A stretch of 60,283 bases of DNA, counting the filler, from Bipalium vagum (taxonomy: Eukaryota), in NCBI GenBank assembly GCA_037834085.1. It is 3 parts of 3 records of this genome, joined end to end, with 100 filler letters (N's around TTAATTAATTAA, not from the genome) between each part and the next. Parts side by side here need not be neighbours in the genome. Positions count along the whole stretch, not along the records: positions 17,724 to 43,687 come from JBBMKC010168921.1; 2 more parts are not named here. The stretch is one strand, 5' to 3'. Under the pieces are notes generated by a model. The model saw nothing but the letters and a program-made list of their open reading frames with translations, made no database searches and was not told the origin of the DNA. Shown here in pieces: positions 25,601 through 36,642 of this stretch; the stretch's first letter is position 1, and the number at the start of each line of letters is the position of its first letter. The position numbers were made by a program, and so were the translations under genes.

Positions 25601-28600
25601 TTTAACAAATCCGGATGCTTTTAAATGATAAAATTATTCTAGAATTATATAAATATTTTCGTATTACAAACGTCCCATAAAAAACTATGATAAGTAATCA
25701 ATATCAATGGCGTTGGTATGTTCATTAACCTTGTTATGTTATTATTACCTCGTTTAGACTATATCATTACAAACTTTTTATTTTATAGGATTTCATAAAT
25801 ATTTTTCATGAATTTTATTATTATTACTAATTTTTTTACTGTCTTATAATATATACAATATAATATATATAATATATACAAATGTGTTTATCTTATTTCA
25901 TTAATGTGAATATTTAGAGAAATTGAAGAATTTTTATAATGTGCGCTTATTATTTAAAATTAAATAAACTTAGATCACTTTATATTATAAATTTTTATTT
26001 TATAAAATGTTATTTTATAAAAATTTATGTTTGTAATAAAAAGGAAAATATAATAATTTATTGGATAAACAGTTTTGCTTAAATAACACCAAATAGTTGT
26101 TTTAAAAAAATAAATATTATACAAAAAATATCTCATCTTGATATTGCTGTTAATAATGACAGTAAAATCATTTAATGATTAATTGGAATCCATGAGCAGT
26201 GTGTAATAAGTAATAGAGTAACTGGATAATCTCAATCACAATAATATATCATAAGTAATAGACAGTAACATTATTATAAAATAATTGAATATTTAAGGAA
26301 AGGTTTTTAATAATTATTTAATAAATTTTGTTAATATCTTAATTTTTTTAATAAATTACTATTATCATTATCATTATTATTATTTTATTATTATTATTAA
26401 TTTGATTAATTGTATGGTGAATGTAGTATAAAAATGTTATTTTTTTTTCTGAAGATCAATATAATTAATTAATTTTATATATTAATAATATATCTATAAA
26501 TCTATTCCATTAAGCCAATAAATTTCATAACAGAAAAGAATCCCGATGTGTTAACTTAATATTATTAATATTTGAGATTTCTGAGAAATTAGGTAAAATT
26601 AATATAGGTAATTTAGAATCTCTATAGATTTTGTGAAGTGAAACTAATATTCTCTCTAAACAGAATTATGATAAAAGAACATTCAGGTATCTTAAATCGT
26701 ACGCGATTGTTTTCGTAGATATAACAAAAGTTCAATAATAAAAGATTATCCGAACTGATATAAAAATCATTATTATAATTCTTATTTTTTTATTTTTGTA
26801 CAGGCACCTTCTGAAGAATTATTTTTAATGGATACCAAATAAAATTTTTAAATTATGGTGAGAAGATTAAAAAATAAATGTGTCCTTCATCGACAATAAT
26901 TCAACATAATTTCAATGAGAAAGTCTATAAGTCATTAATAAGAATTATTATCATTATTTCTCTTTTATTATTATGTAAAAAACACAATACTTATAACAAA
27001 ATTAATAATAAAACTGCTGAAAAACTAATCATAATAATAGAACAATAAAATTTACATTGATTTATGAAAATTTGATTTTTATTAGACACTTTTTATATGA
27101 ATTTTCACATACTCTATTTATCTTGTATTAATCAAGTTAATTAAGAATTGATGGCCTTAATCTTAAAAAAGTACGTAAAATAATCAATATCTGTATAGAC
27201 TAAGTGAATTATATTAATAAAAAATATAAATACAGAATAAAAGTTTACCTTCGAATTGAGGAGTATGGAAATGAATGGATAATTTCTCTAGTGGAAACAT
27301 GTAATAGTTCCAATGAGTCCAGACCTAGTTTTAGAATATAATTTCCCGTAATATTTAATTTCATAGAATCTGATGTTTGTTCAACAGTGACCAAATGAAA
27401 TTCATCTAAATTAAAAAGAAAAGATAATAATAATATTGATTATTATTATTATTATCATTATTATTATTATATTATAATATTATAAAAGTAGTAAATAAAT
27501 TTCATTTTTGCAATTTAGATGTTTAGTTTTGAATTCATTTGACTTTGATTTTAAATGATTATTATTAAGGAGATGCTAGGAGACTTTTTGCTAAAATTGA
27601 AAAAACACTTGAAAAACCAAACATTCTTTAGCTAATAAAACATGAAGTTATGATAAAGATCTTCAAGAATGGCTCTTTGTGTATCATGTTCTTTCTGTAT
27701 GACATTGTTTTAGCCTCCTGTCAAGTTCTGACAGGTCGACATGTTCTTTAGTAGATCCGGGAAATCCTAACTGATGACAGTTTCAATCAATACTGTTATA
27801 TTTTGTCTTTGCTCTTGTCAGTCATTTAATTGTTATTGATTCATTCGATTTAATTTGATTTTAATTTTCAGTTTTCATTTACACTTTTATCTATTTATTC
27901 ATTTTTGGTTGGCTGTAATTAGACAATTGAAGATATTTAAGGAACCTCTATAATATATTTGGTATCAGCAGTTAAGGAATGTATCCGACTTATATAAAGA
28001 CATTTTTACTTTTCTGGTGACTCTCAAAATTACTCTTACAACAAAGCTATCAAAATAAGAATGATAAATCAAAGATAGACAAATTAGCAATGGTATTACA
28101 GGTCTGGAATAAACATGGTGGACAAGAAGATTAGAAACTATTTTTTATTAAATGTGATTGTAAATATATTATAAAATACCATCAAAGGTATCAAAATGAG
28201 GCCGAAAACTGAAATTTTTTCATTCGTAGAAAAAATTAACATGCGTTATATTGTGGTAAATTTGAGACATCACTAAAATATTAAGAAATGTTACCAAACT
28301 CATACTTGATAATTTTAGTTTTTAGAATACTTACAATATGTTAGTTTTGTTAGTAGGATCCCAATAAAACATTTGATTTAGAATTAGGTTAGAGTTAGTT
28401 TTACTTAAAATCAAAAATAATCACTGTTTGTTTTTATCACATCACCTTTATCCAAAAACACATCACATATTTAGACAATAGAAAATAGTTTGGTTGGTAC
28501 AAAGATGGATTTATTTATTAAAAGAATTTGTTTATTATTTTGAAAAGAATATCAAGGAATATCATCAGCAGATCAACGATTAAAACAAATTATTCAAAAT

Positions 28601-30820
28601 ATTGGTGTTGATTCATGAAGAGTTTACGAAGTGCCATGAATCACTTAACATTGTAAAATCAGTACTGAAGTTGATATAATATTTATCAAAAAATCAATTC
28701 AATGAAAAATGTAGTATAAATTGGAACAACGGAATTATAGTTTATTTATCAAATGTAGATTTTGTTATTATCTAAGGTACTTTTATCAAGCCAAAAAAGA
28801 TTTTATTAAAAAATCTTAATTTTCCAATAATTTTTATAAGTGTATAAAAATAATCTACTTCGGTATCGATCAGTTTAATAAATCCATAATTTATAATTCA
28901 ATTGATTTTCTTAATAAAAATATAAAGTATATATTTCTCATTGCATTAACGATCACCATCTGACAAAAATATTTATTTTTTGAATATTATTAATTTAATT
29001 TATGGAGTTGCCATTTTGCTTTGTTTATATTCTCGTGTATCTTTCTTTTTGGTTTTTGGAATATTTATTATATATATATGTATATATCATTGTGTACTTT
29101 TTTAAAATCAAAGTATCAAAATTCTCTAGACAGAAATCATTTTTTATTCTTTTATTGATGTACAAAAATCCTGTCATAATTTATAATATTTTTGGTTGTT
29201 ACAGTAACTGATAAAATCTATTGAAATTGGTTTGAATAATAGAAATGCCGATTTTGATCTTCTCTAGAGGCGGCTTTTTCAAGTGAACCAGAAATCTACC
29301 GGTAAATTTGCACTAGGTTTGCTAACTAAGGGTTCAAATCAACTGGATAGTGATTTGACCAAAAGTCTATCATATATTATTTCATATAAAAATTTCTGTA
29401 ATCCTGCTTGATTGACAACAATAAAGAGAATTTTTCTAAGATATTTAAGTAGACGATGGAGACTAAATTGTTTATGATAATCCTTAAGGCTGTAAATATT
29501 TCTTAGATCCAGGACAACTGCTAATAATAGCTTACAAATCGGATATTTGTCTGGGATATGTTACCCTGTATATTATATATGTATGTGGGATCATAAAGAA
29601 TAATAATAATTTAAGAATAAACTCTTGACCAGGTGTTTTAAAGTTCACTTAGAAAAATATCGTGTGATCAGATTGAAAAAATCCTCGTCATCCCGCTATT
29701 CTCCATCAGAACACCCTTTACATAAATATATTTATTTAAATATTAAGACGTTTATGATGATTTCTGGAATCTTCATTTTTTAACGAAGATCAAAATTAAC
29801 AGAGAATGTTTCGGTTAATAATTAAAATTATTTATATAATTTTTCTGATAAAAATTGATTTTAAAAATGGAAATCGTTAATTCAAAGATTTTTTACATCA
29901 TTGACAGTAACAGTATTTTCAGTTAGGTAAACAAATAGCAATATCGATGATGTTTCCATCAGTAAATAATAATTTTAATAAATAAATAAATCTTCAATTG
30001 CTCTGTTATTATGTCATAAAAGATAAACTTTTTTTATCAAATAAATGATTTTAAAGGACACAGAAACGGTTTCTGCAACTTAAATCTATCACAACAACGT
30101 ACAAGTTGAAGATCGCGTTTTAATGAGGAATTTAATTGATTCAATAAAAGCTTAAAAACAAATCTCACGCTGAGAACTGGATTCATAGGCATCGTTGTCA
30201 TCCAAAGCAATGTAATCGTCTAATGCGGGAGATGAATTGGCTTTTCCCTGATTATTAATTGTAAAGGTCGGTGGTAATGGCGAGCTTTTTGCGTCAATAG
30301 ATGAATCAGTTTTCGGCAGATTGCTCGTTTTCCTAATACATTCCGTTAAGACATCACACCATTGAATTACTGTCTCATAAATGTCTGGGATTAAATACAA
30401 CTTTTTTTGTCTTAAAAACGCAGAAGGTACAAGTTTTATCGCAAATTTATGATAACCCTGAAATTTGACAGATTTGATTTCACATGATTGAAACAAATTA
30501 AGATTGAGGAGAACATCAATTCGATTATTATTCTGAAGTTTAGAGTGATATAATTGTGACATTGTTGTATTTCCATTGGTTTTATATTCAGAAATTTGAT
30601 TTTGCAGAATGTTTTCCACATTTCCTGATTGTAAATGGAAATACTTGATGTTTGTGTGGTTTAATAATTCTGCATCACAAGAAATCCAATCGTTCTGAAA
30701 ATTTCAGGTTAATATATTAGTTTGTGTATTGTAAAAATAAATATATCAGGTATTAAAAACTAGAATTCTCACCTTAGCGTTCTTAATATAATTAGATTTA
30801 ATAAAAAATTTAGTTTTCAT
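19666..30820 (-). CDS. DOK/IRS-like docking protein: N-terminal PH domain, IRS-type PTB domain, Tyr/Pro-rich tail (about 711 aa)
   Basis: Exons 30820-30773, 30694-30169, 27405-27249, 24629-23591, 20031-19666; GT-AG, in phase, 2136 nt. PH-like region ends in the ETVIQWCDVL helix. PTB: FHLVTVEQTSDSMKLNITGNYILKLGLDSLELLHVSTREIIHSFPYSSIRRFGAKEKFLRIEAGRNCTTGNGSFIF, matching the DOK PY..LRRYG....FEAGR.C..G.G.F.F pattern. Tail has DYSALQF, PIPPK and PPPTFPKPR. Confidence 0.88.
20608..20668. repeat. Compound microsatellite (TTC)n-(TAA)n-(TTA)n
   Basis: ttcttcttcttcttcttcttc followed by taataataataa and ttattattattattattatta. Confidence 0.8.
21985..22120 (+). mobile_element. Mariner C-terminal fragment
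   Basis: LSPTDYHFF..SHFVQEKILHNCNDLQNALLEFIDSRLPDLY. Confidence 0.7.
22200..23200 (+). mobile_element. Degenerate mariner in DOK-like intron 4
   Basis: FSEGRESIKDEARSG, VKDKVMTNRHFTVKELADDVG, STKVVPKSLDFLQKQ, IIIVDQTRVYQF, GVVHLEF, RDAIRQKRPGL*ADNSWFLYDDNSASH; TIR-like end near 23168-23200. Confidence 0.88.
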
Positions 30821-31739
30821 TTCAAATTAAATCATCACAAAAAATACTTTAAATATAATGACATCTTAAAACAAAGAAATTAATTAATAAATAGTTAAAA
30901 ATGTCATTTGTTCCATATACAATTTTTAAATTTTACTCTTATCAAGCTTATTTATTTCAGAAGTTTTACCGAATATTTATTCAGAAAAATTATTTTAAAT
31001 TCTAAGTTAAACACTTCCTAAGAAAATATTTAAAATTACAATATTGTTAAATTACATTTCAAAGATTTTTTATATTATTAGTAATAATTATTATTAATAT
31101 TACACGAAATTACATAGAATAATATTATGTAATATATGAAAACAATTTGTGAAAAATGTTCATTTTTGCCAAAGGTATATGATTTTTCTGTAAAATTTTG
31201 GTCTTTATTTTTGTCTTTTAATTTGTGAATATGAAGTGGAAATTAAGTTTTATGAATAATATTTCATTAATAACCGAGATTGAAAATCAAATAATGTCGT
31301 AAACATGATTGGCTTATAGTTAAATAAAAATACACAATAGTTAAACGTTTTGGGACTCAATTCAAAATATTGGGGTTGCACCACAATCCTTCGGCAAAGA
31401 TGTATATTATCTAATTTTTTGTATATTATTTATATTTATAATGCAGAATTTAAGGATTAAGTAAATTCTTTTTTACAAATAAGTATAATAAGAGTTTTGC
31501 ATGTTTTACAAAATAAAAATTTAATGATTAATCTGGTCACCTCAAACTCAGTCTATCAATCAATCAATCGAAATAATATCAGATGAGCATTTTTTTATAA
31601 AATTATACTTTGAGTAAGATAAAGTTTATTTTATTCATTTTATTTTTAATACATTCTTAAATTTAAGATTTTTTTCATTAATTTAAAATCATTGCCTAAG
31701 CATTAAAATACATTATACATTATATCGTCCCATTCTTCC

Positions 31740-32150
31740 ATTGGATATGAATTGTCAAGGTTATTTAGTTGGGGAATGGAGATAAGATCACAAAGAGATG
31801 GTATACAAATACCTGTTTGTCTCAACTCTTAGCACCAATTTCTGAGAGCCGGCTAAAGTATGGTGTAAAAGAGATAATTCTGCATCATGATGAAAAGGCT
31901 TATCCTCATAAATCTTCACTAACGACCGAATATTTGAATGGTATCGAAGTTGAGTTGCTTCACGACATTTCTTATATTCCAGACTTATCTCCCCGTGATT
32001 TCTGGCTCATCAAAAACCTATAAAACATTTAAATTTTCGAAAGCTTGTGACAAGAAGAGTTGGAAACAGATCTTTGACAGCATCACTTTTGATGACTGAC
32101 TAGAGGTCAATCACAAATGTCAGAATCGGTTGAGCCGGTGTATTGTATTT
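31740..32150 (+). mobile_element. Mariner catalytic-domain fragment
   Basis: KITKRWYTNTCLSQL...IILHHDEKAYPHKSSLTTEYL...SYIPDLSPRDFWL. Confidence 0.85.
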
Positions 32151-33597
32151 TTGGGAGATTAATTTTAAAGATTTTGTAAAAAAATTAAATAAATTTTTTG
32201 TCTTCTTACCTATGCTAAATACCTTTCAATTATACTTATATAATAATATAAATAATTCTTTGAATTAGAATAGGATCCTAACAGCTGTTGGGGCAACTCT
32301 TATCTAGCTCACCTGATTTACGCTGCGGTTGCTGTTGGCCTATCTCACCCTCTAACAAAAACACAAAAAACTACTCGAAAAATATATTCAATAAAATGAG
32401 GGAAAGACCCTTTTTTAATTACACAAGCAAACTGCAACAATCAGCAGTCACACTAAATCAACAAACTGTTCAAGCAATCTTAACAAAAACAACAAACACT
32501 CTCTAATTAAAAACCTGTGCCAGGGAAAATCTTGGTCAGCAAAATAAAATTACCAATAAAACCATACCTTTTTTATTAGGCAATTTTCTGAGTGAAAAAT
32601 AATGACTTTTCGTTTTAGCGACTCTGATTGGCCAGTTAAGCTGTCAATCATGATGTACAATCTAAATTTAATTATTACTAAAAATAAAAAAAATCTAAAA
32701 AATTTGAAAATTATAATTTAAAAAAAACATGTTACTGATTAAAAATCAGTAGTTGATTCTAAAATAATATTTAAAATTAATTTTAAAAAATTTAATTAAT
32801 TAATTCTAAATTAATAATTAAAATACTTAAGTTTAAATTAGCCAGCGTATTAAATAAATTTTATTTTTCGCCAAAATTTTATTTATAGAAGCTTATAGGA
32901 TGTGAGTCGAACCTCAACACATGAAATTATAATCATATAGAAAATTATAGTCAGAAAAAAGAAAAAAATTATTCAAAAAAGAAGACCCAAAACAAATGAA
33001 TAAAATTTAATTTAAATATGAATATTCCAGTATACATATTAAAATGAATCAAATTCTTAAGGACACTAATTTTGGGATTTTTTTTATTAACAATTTCAGT
33101 TTTTAATCATTCCGAATTCAATCTTTCATTTCCAAATTTGATGTTGCTTCAATGGTAAATTCGTTGGTGTTATAAATATTCATTTTGTGAAATTGGTTGC
33201 AAAAAATCCCTGAAAAATTCTACTATAATAATATCAATGGGACGACAGAGAGAATTTTCGCTTCAAGACATCAACATAATGATACCAATTTTATTATTTC
33301 GTTGACTTATTTTAGACTAAACCTATTAATTTTTAAGATCATTTTTTTGGCCGATATGAACAATTGAAGCGCTCTATGATCCATTAGTGGGAATGAAAAA
33401 CTGACTACTGAAGAACGAAGAGAGTCAACTTCTTAGATAATTAATTAACTAAGGCGAATACATTCAGGCTGAGCTAAATAACTAAAAACCCCTTGTTTCT
33501 CCATCAACTAACATAATATGCGAGTATTCATTGGCTAACGGAAAAATTCTGACTCATGTATAATGGAGCTGCCGAGTCTTCGAAGTCAGATGTGAAA

Positions 33598-33634
33598 GTC
33601 AGTCGAGATTTAGTCGAGATTCAGTCGAGATTCA
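33598..33634 (+). repeat. Short tandem repeat (agtcgagatt[c/t]) x3 within a probable LTR-like fragment
   Basis: gtcagtcgagatttagtcgagattcagtcgagattcag. Confidence 0.6.
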
Positions 33635-33779
33635 GAATTAAGATAGAAAAAACATATTAGTGTAAAATAAATTATGAATCGAAATTGTAATGAAATTGTG
33701 AATTGTGGTGAACTTTTAAATTGAAGTAAACATTGAATCAAATTTTGGGATAAATTGATCAAACTTCAAAGTAGAATTG

Positions 33780-35191
33780 GACGGTTTACGAACAAAAATT
33801 TTTGAAAATTTTTTGACAATTTTGTCTCGGTTTACAAACATGCTTCGATTTACGAACATCAAAATATAAAATAACAAAAATGTAGATATTTTAAATTTTT
33901 AGTGTTTAAATAAACCATTTTAATGTAGACTATTTTCAAACATATCACATAAATTTAAATAAACACGGGTTATATTTATTGTACTTAATAGTTAATCTTA
34001 ATAATTTAATGCATGGTTTATCTTAATAGTTTAATTAATGGTTTATTATATTATTTGTGATGATGTTTTGGTACTCAGAAAACCCACGAGTTTTTAAAAA
34101 GAAAAATGTGGTTAAGTGTGTGGTTTGAAATCAAATATTAAAGCTTGGATGACAAAGATTTTTTATGGATTTGCAGATAAATAATTTACCAATCAAGTGT
34201 CTTCTCATCATGGATAATTCTCCTTCACATCCTCGTAATATTGAAGATAATTCGATGGATTAACTTGACTTCATAAAAGTCATGTATCTTCCGCCTAATA
34301 CAACTCCTTCGACTCAGCCTATGGATCAAGATTACAAATTTTAAGAAATTGTACATGAAAGAATTATTTTCAAAATGTTTTTAAATTACCAATGATATTG
34401 ACTTAACTCTAAGAGAATTTTGGAAGGAACATTTTAATATTCTACACTACATAAATTTTATTGATAAAGCATGGATTGGTGTTACTTGTTGTACCTTGAA
34501 CAAAGCGTTGAAAAAAAATTTGCCAGATTGTTTGATAGAAATATATGTTGGACCTACTGAAGCCAAGTCCAAAGTTGATGCAGTAAAGGATATTGTAACA
34601 AAGGCCTAAAACATGAGTTTAGAAGTAAAAAATGCTGATATAGAGGAGATAATATTAGACTCAGATAAGAAGTATACCACAGAAGACCTTCAAATGTTTT
34701 TGTGTGAGAAGCAGGGAGTGTTTGAAAAGGACCTGCTATCTGAGGATGAACAAGAAGAATATATCACAAGTGCCACCATCAAAGATATTTGCGATAAGTT
34801 TACCGAAGTACGTAAATTTGTTGAGAAGTACCATCCAAACAAATTTGATGTAAATCGAGTAATCAATATTATGAATGGTAATGAAATATCATATTTTAAA
34901 GAGATTGTCAAAAGAAGGAAAATACAGACTACTCTCCATACATTTTTGACGAAAATCTCAGGAGAAAAAAGAACCAAGAGACAAAGAAAAACCACAGTTG
35001 AAATTAATGTTGAAATAGAGTATAATATGCTTGACCTAAATAGGAATGTTTCTTTTCAAAAACTGTGTTTTATTAAAATATAAGCATTATGATATTTTTT
35101 ACACCTTAAATTCAAAATAAATTTATAGTTAAACCTCGGTTTACGAACACAATCCTTGAACGGATTAAGTTCGTAAACCTAGGTATCACTG
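33780..35191 (+). mobile_element. pogo/Tigger-like DNA transposon, degenerate
   Basis: DDE_1-type remnants KAWMTK, LPIKCLLIMDNSPSHP, VMYLPPNTTPSTQPMDQ; Tigger-like C-terminal ORF 34613-35083 (EKYHPNK...KRRKIQTTLHTF); repeated ggtttacgaac subterminal motifs at both ends; right terminus ...gtatcactg|TA. Confidence 0.88.
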
Positions 35192-36642
35192 TAATAAAAT
35201 TATTTAGTATGTGTAAGAAGAATAGACTTTCAAAAATGATGTGCGATGGTGATATTGCTGAATACGCATTTGTATTGGCCGAGTGATTTTGAAATTGCTC
35301 AGTTTCACAAATGCTATGAGAGTTTTTGTTGTAAGATTTATTTTTGTGTTATAATGAATGCGAACAAAGGGAATACTGTGCATCAATAATTGTCCTAAGG
35401 TCCAAAGTGGGTTTCTTAATTTACGATCACAACAGTCCAAGAAGATTTTCTAGGGATCTAGGGTGAAGTCACCAAAAGTAAATTTTTGTTATTTGTTAAA
35501 GTTTCTTTCCTTGTTTTCATTTTGTTTTTGTTGAGAAAAATGGATTTATTGTTGTCATATTTATTTTTAACATTATTATCGTTGTAAGAGTAGCTTAAGG
35601 GATTGTATTAGACTTATGCGATTATTAGCAAATATAAACATTGTGAGATGCATTATCAATAAAGATTTTAGACTGAAATGTAATTTGATTTCAAGGGATT
35701 GTATGGGTCAACCAAGTTAGATTTGAAGTGAAATTTTAACGAGTTTTGGTATTATAAATAATATAAATATGAAAAATAACATTTTTAATTAGTACCAAAA
35801 CTTTTCTTCTTTTATAATGTTTTCATATTTTACAGTTTCTGTATTTAACCCTACAATGGTTTTTACGAACAGGTCTTGGACAACTGAGGATGCTTAGATC
35901 AATTATGGCCCATACAAAAGGTACACATTTTTGCCCAATAATGATATTTTAATTTGAGAAATAAATACATTTTTCTTATCATTGATAATTGAGAGCTTTG
36001 TATTGAGTTAATATTTTAGTTGAATATTGATTGTTCTTCTCATGTCAATTGGCAATTTAACTACGTTATATATCACATTTTTTATATCATTTAGATATTT
36101 GGTTATCACTGAAAAATAAGAAAATGGTGTAAAATGAAATGAGCGGTGGAAATGGACAAAATTTAGAAAGCTAGACAAAACCATCTCTTATAAATATTTA
36201 ATATATATCAGTTTATATTCGAGAGAAATAGGTCACCATTACATTTAAAAATAGCTGCCATCTTATTATCCTAAAGTTCTTAATTATGAATGAGTCATAT
36301 TTAAATTCAAAAACAGAAAAAAACAAATACGAAACAAAGAAATTTTAAATTGATTATTTTTAATTAAAACAGGCGAAGATATTTTCAAAAAAAAAGTACC
36401 AATTTTAAATGGTTTAATTAATAAAATAAATAAATGATAAAAAATGCAAAAAGTGTATTTTTAAAATAAAATTTGAGGATTTCTCAAAATCAAATAACAA
36501 TACGCACACATGCACCGATACACACTCAACTACACACATACGTGCGCGGAAACATACAATCACTATTTTGCTGTGCAAAGAAAGTTTAGTGCTGATAAGA
36601 GCAGAACTTTCATTCAGTTTTTGTTTCATTCATTCGAATACA

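Noticed and set aside
27718-27785. cctgtca/tgacagg hairpin followed by ctgatga
   Set aside because: No GAAA core at the right spacing for a hammerhead; probably a repeat fragment.
34613-35083. 156-aa ORF as an independent or domesticated gene
   Set aside because: It is the C-terminal tail of a frameshifted Tigger transposase whose DDE region is disrupted.
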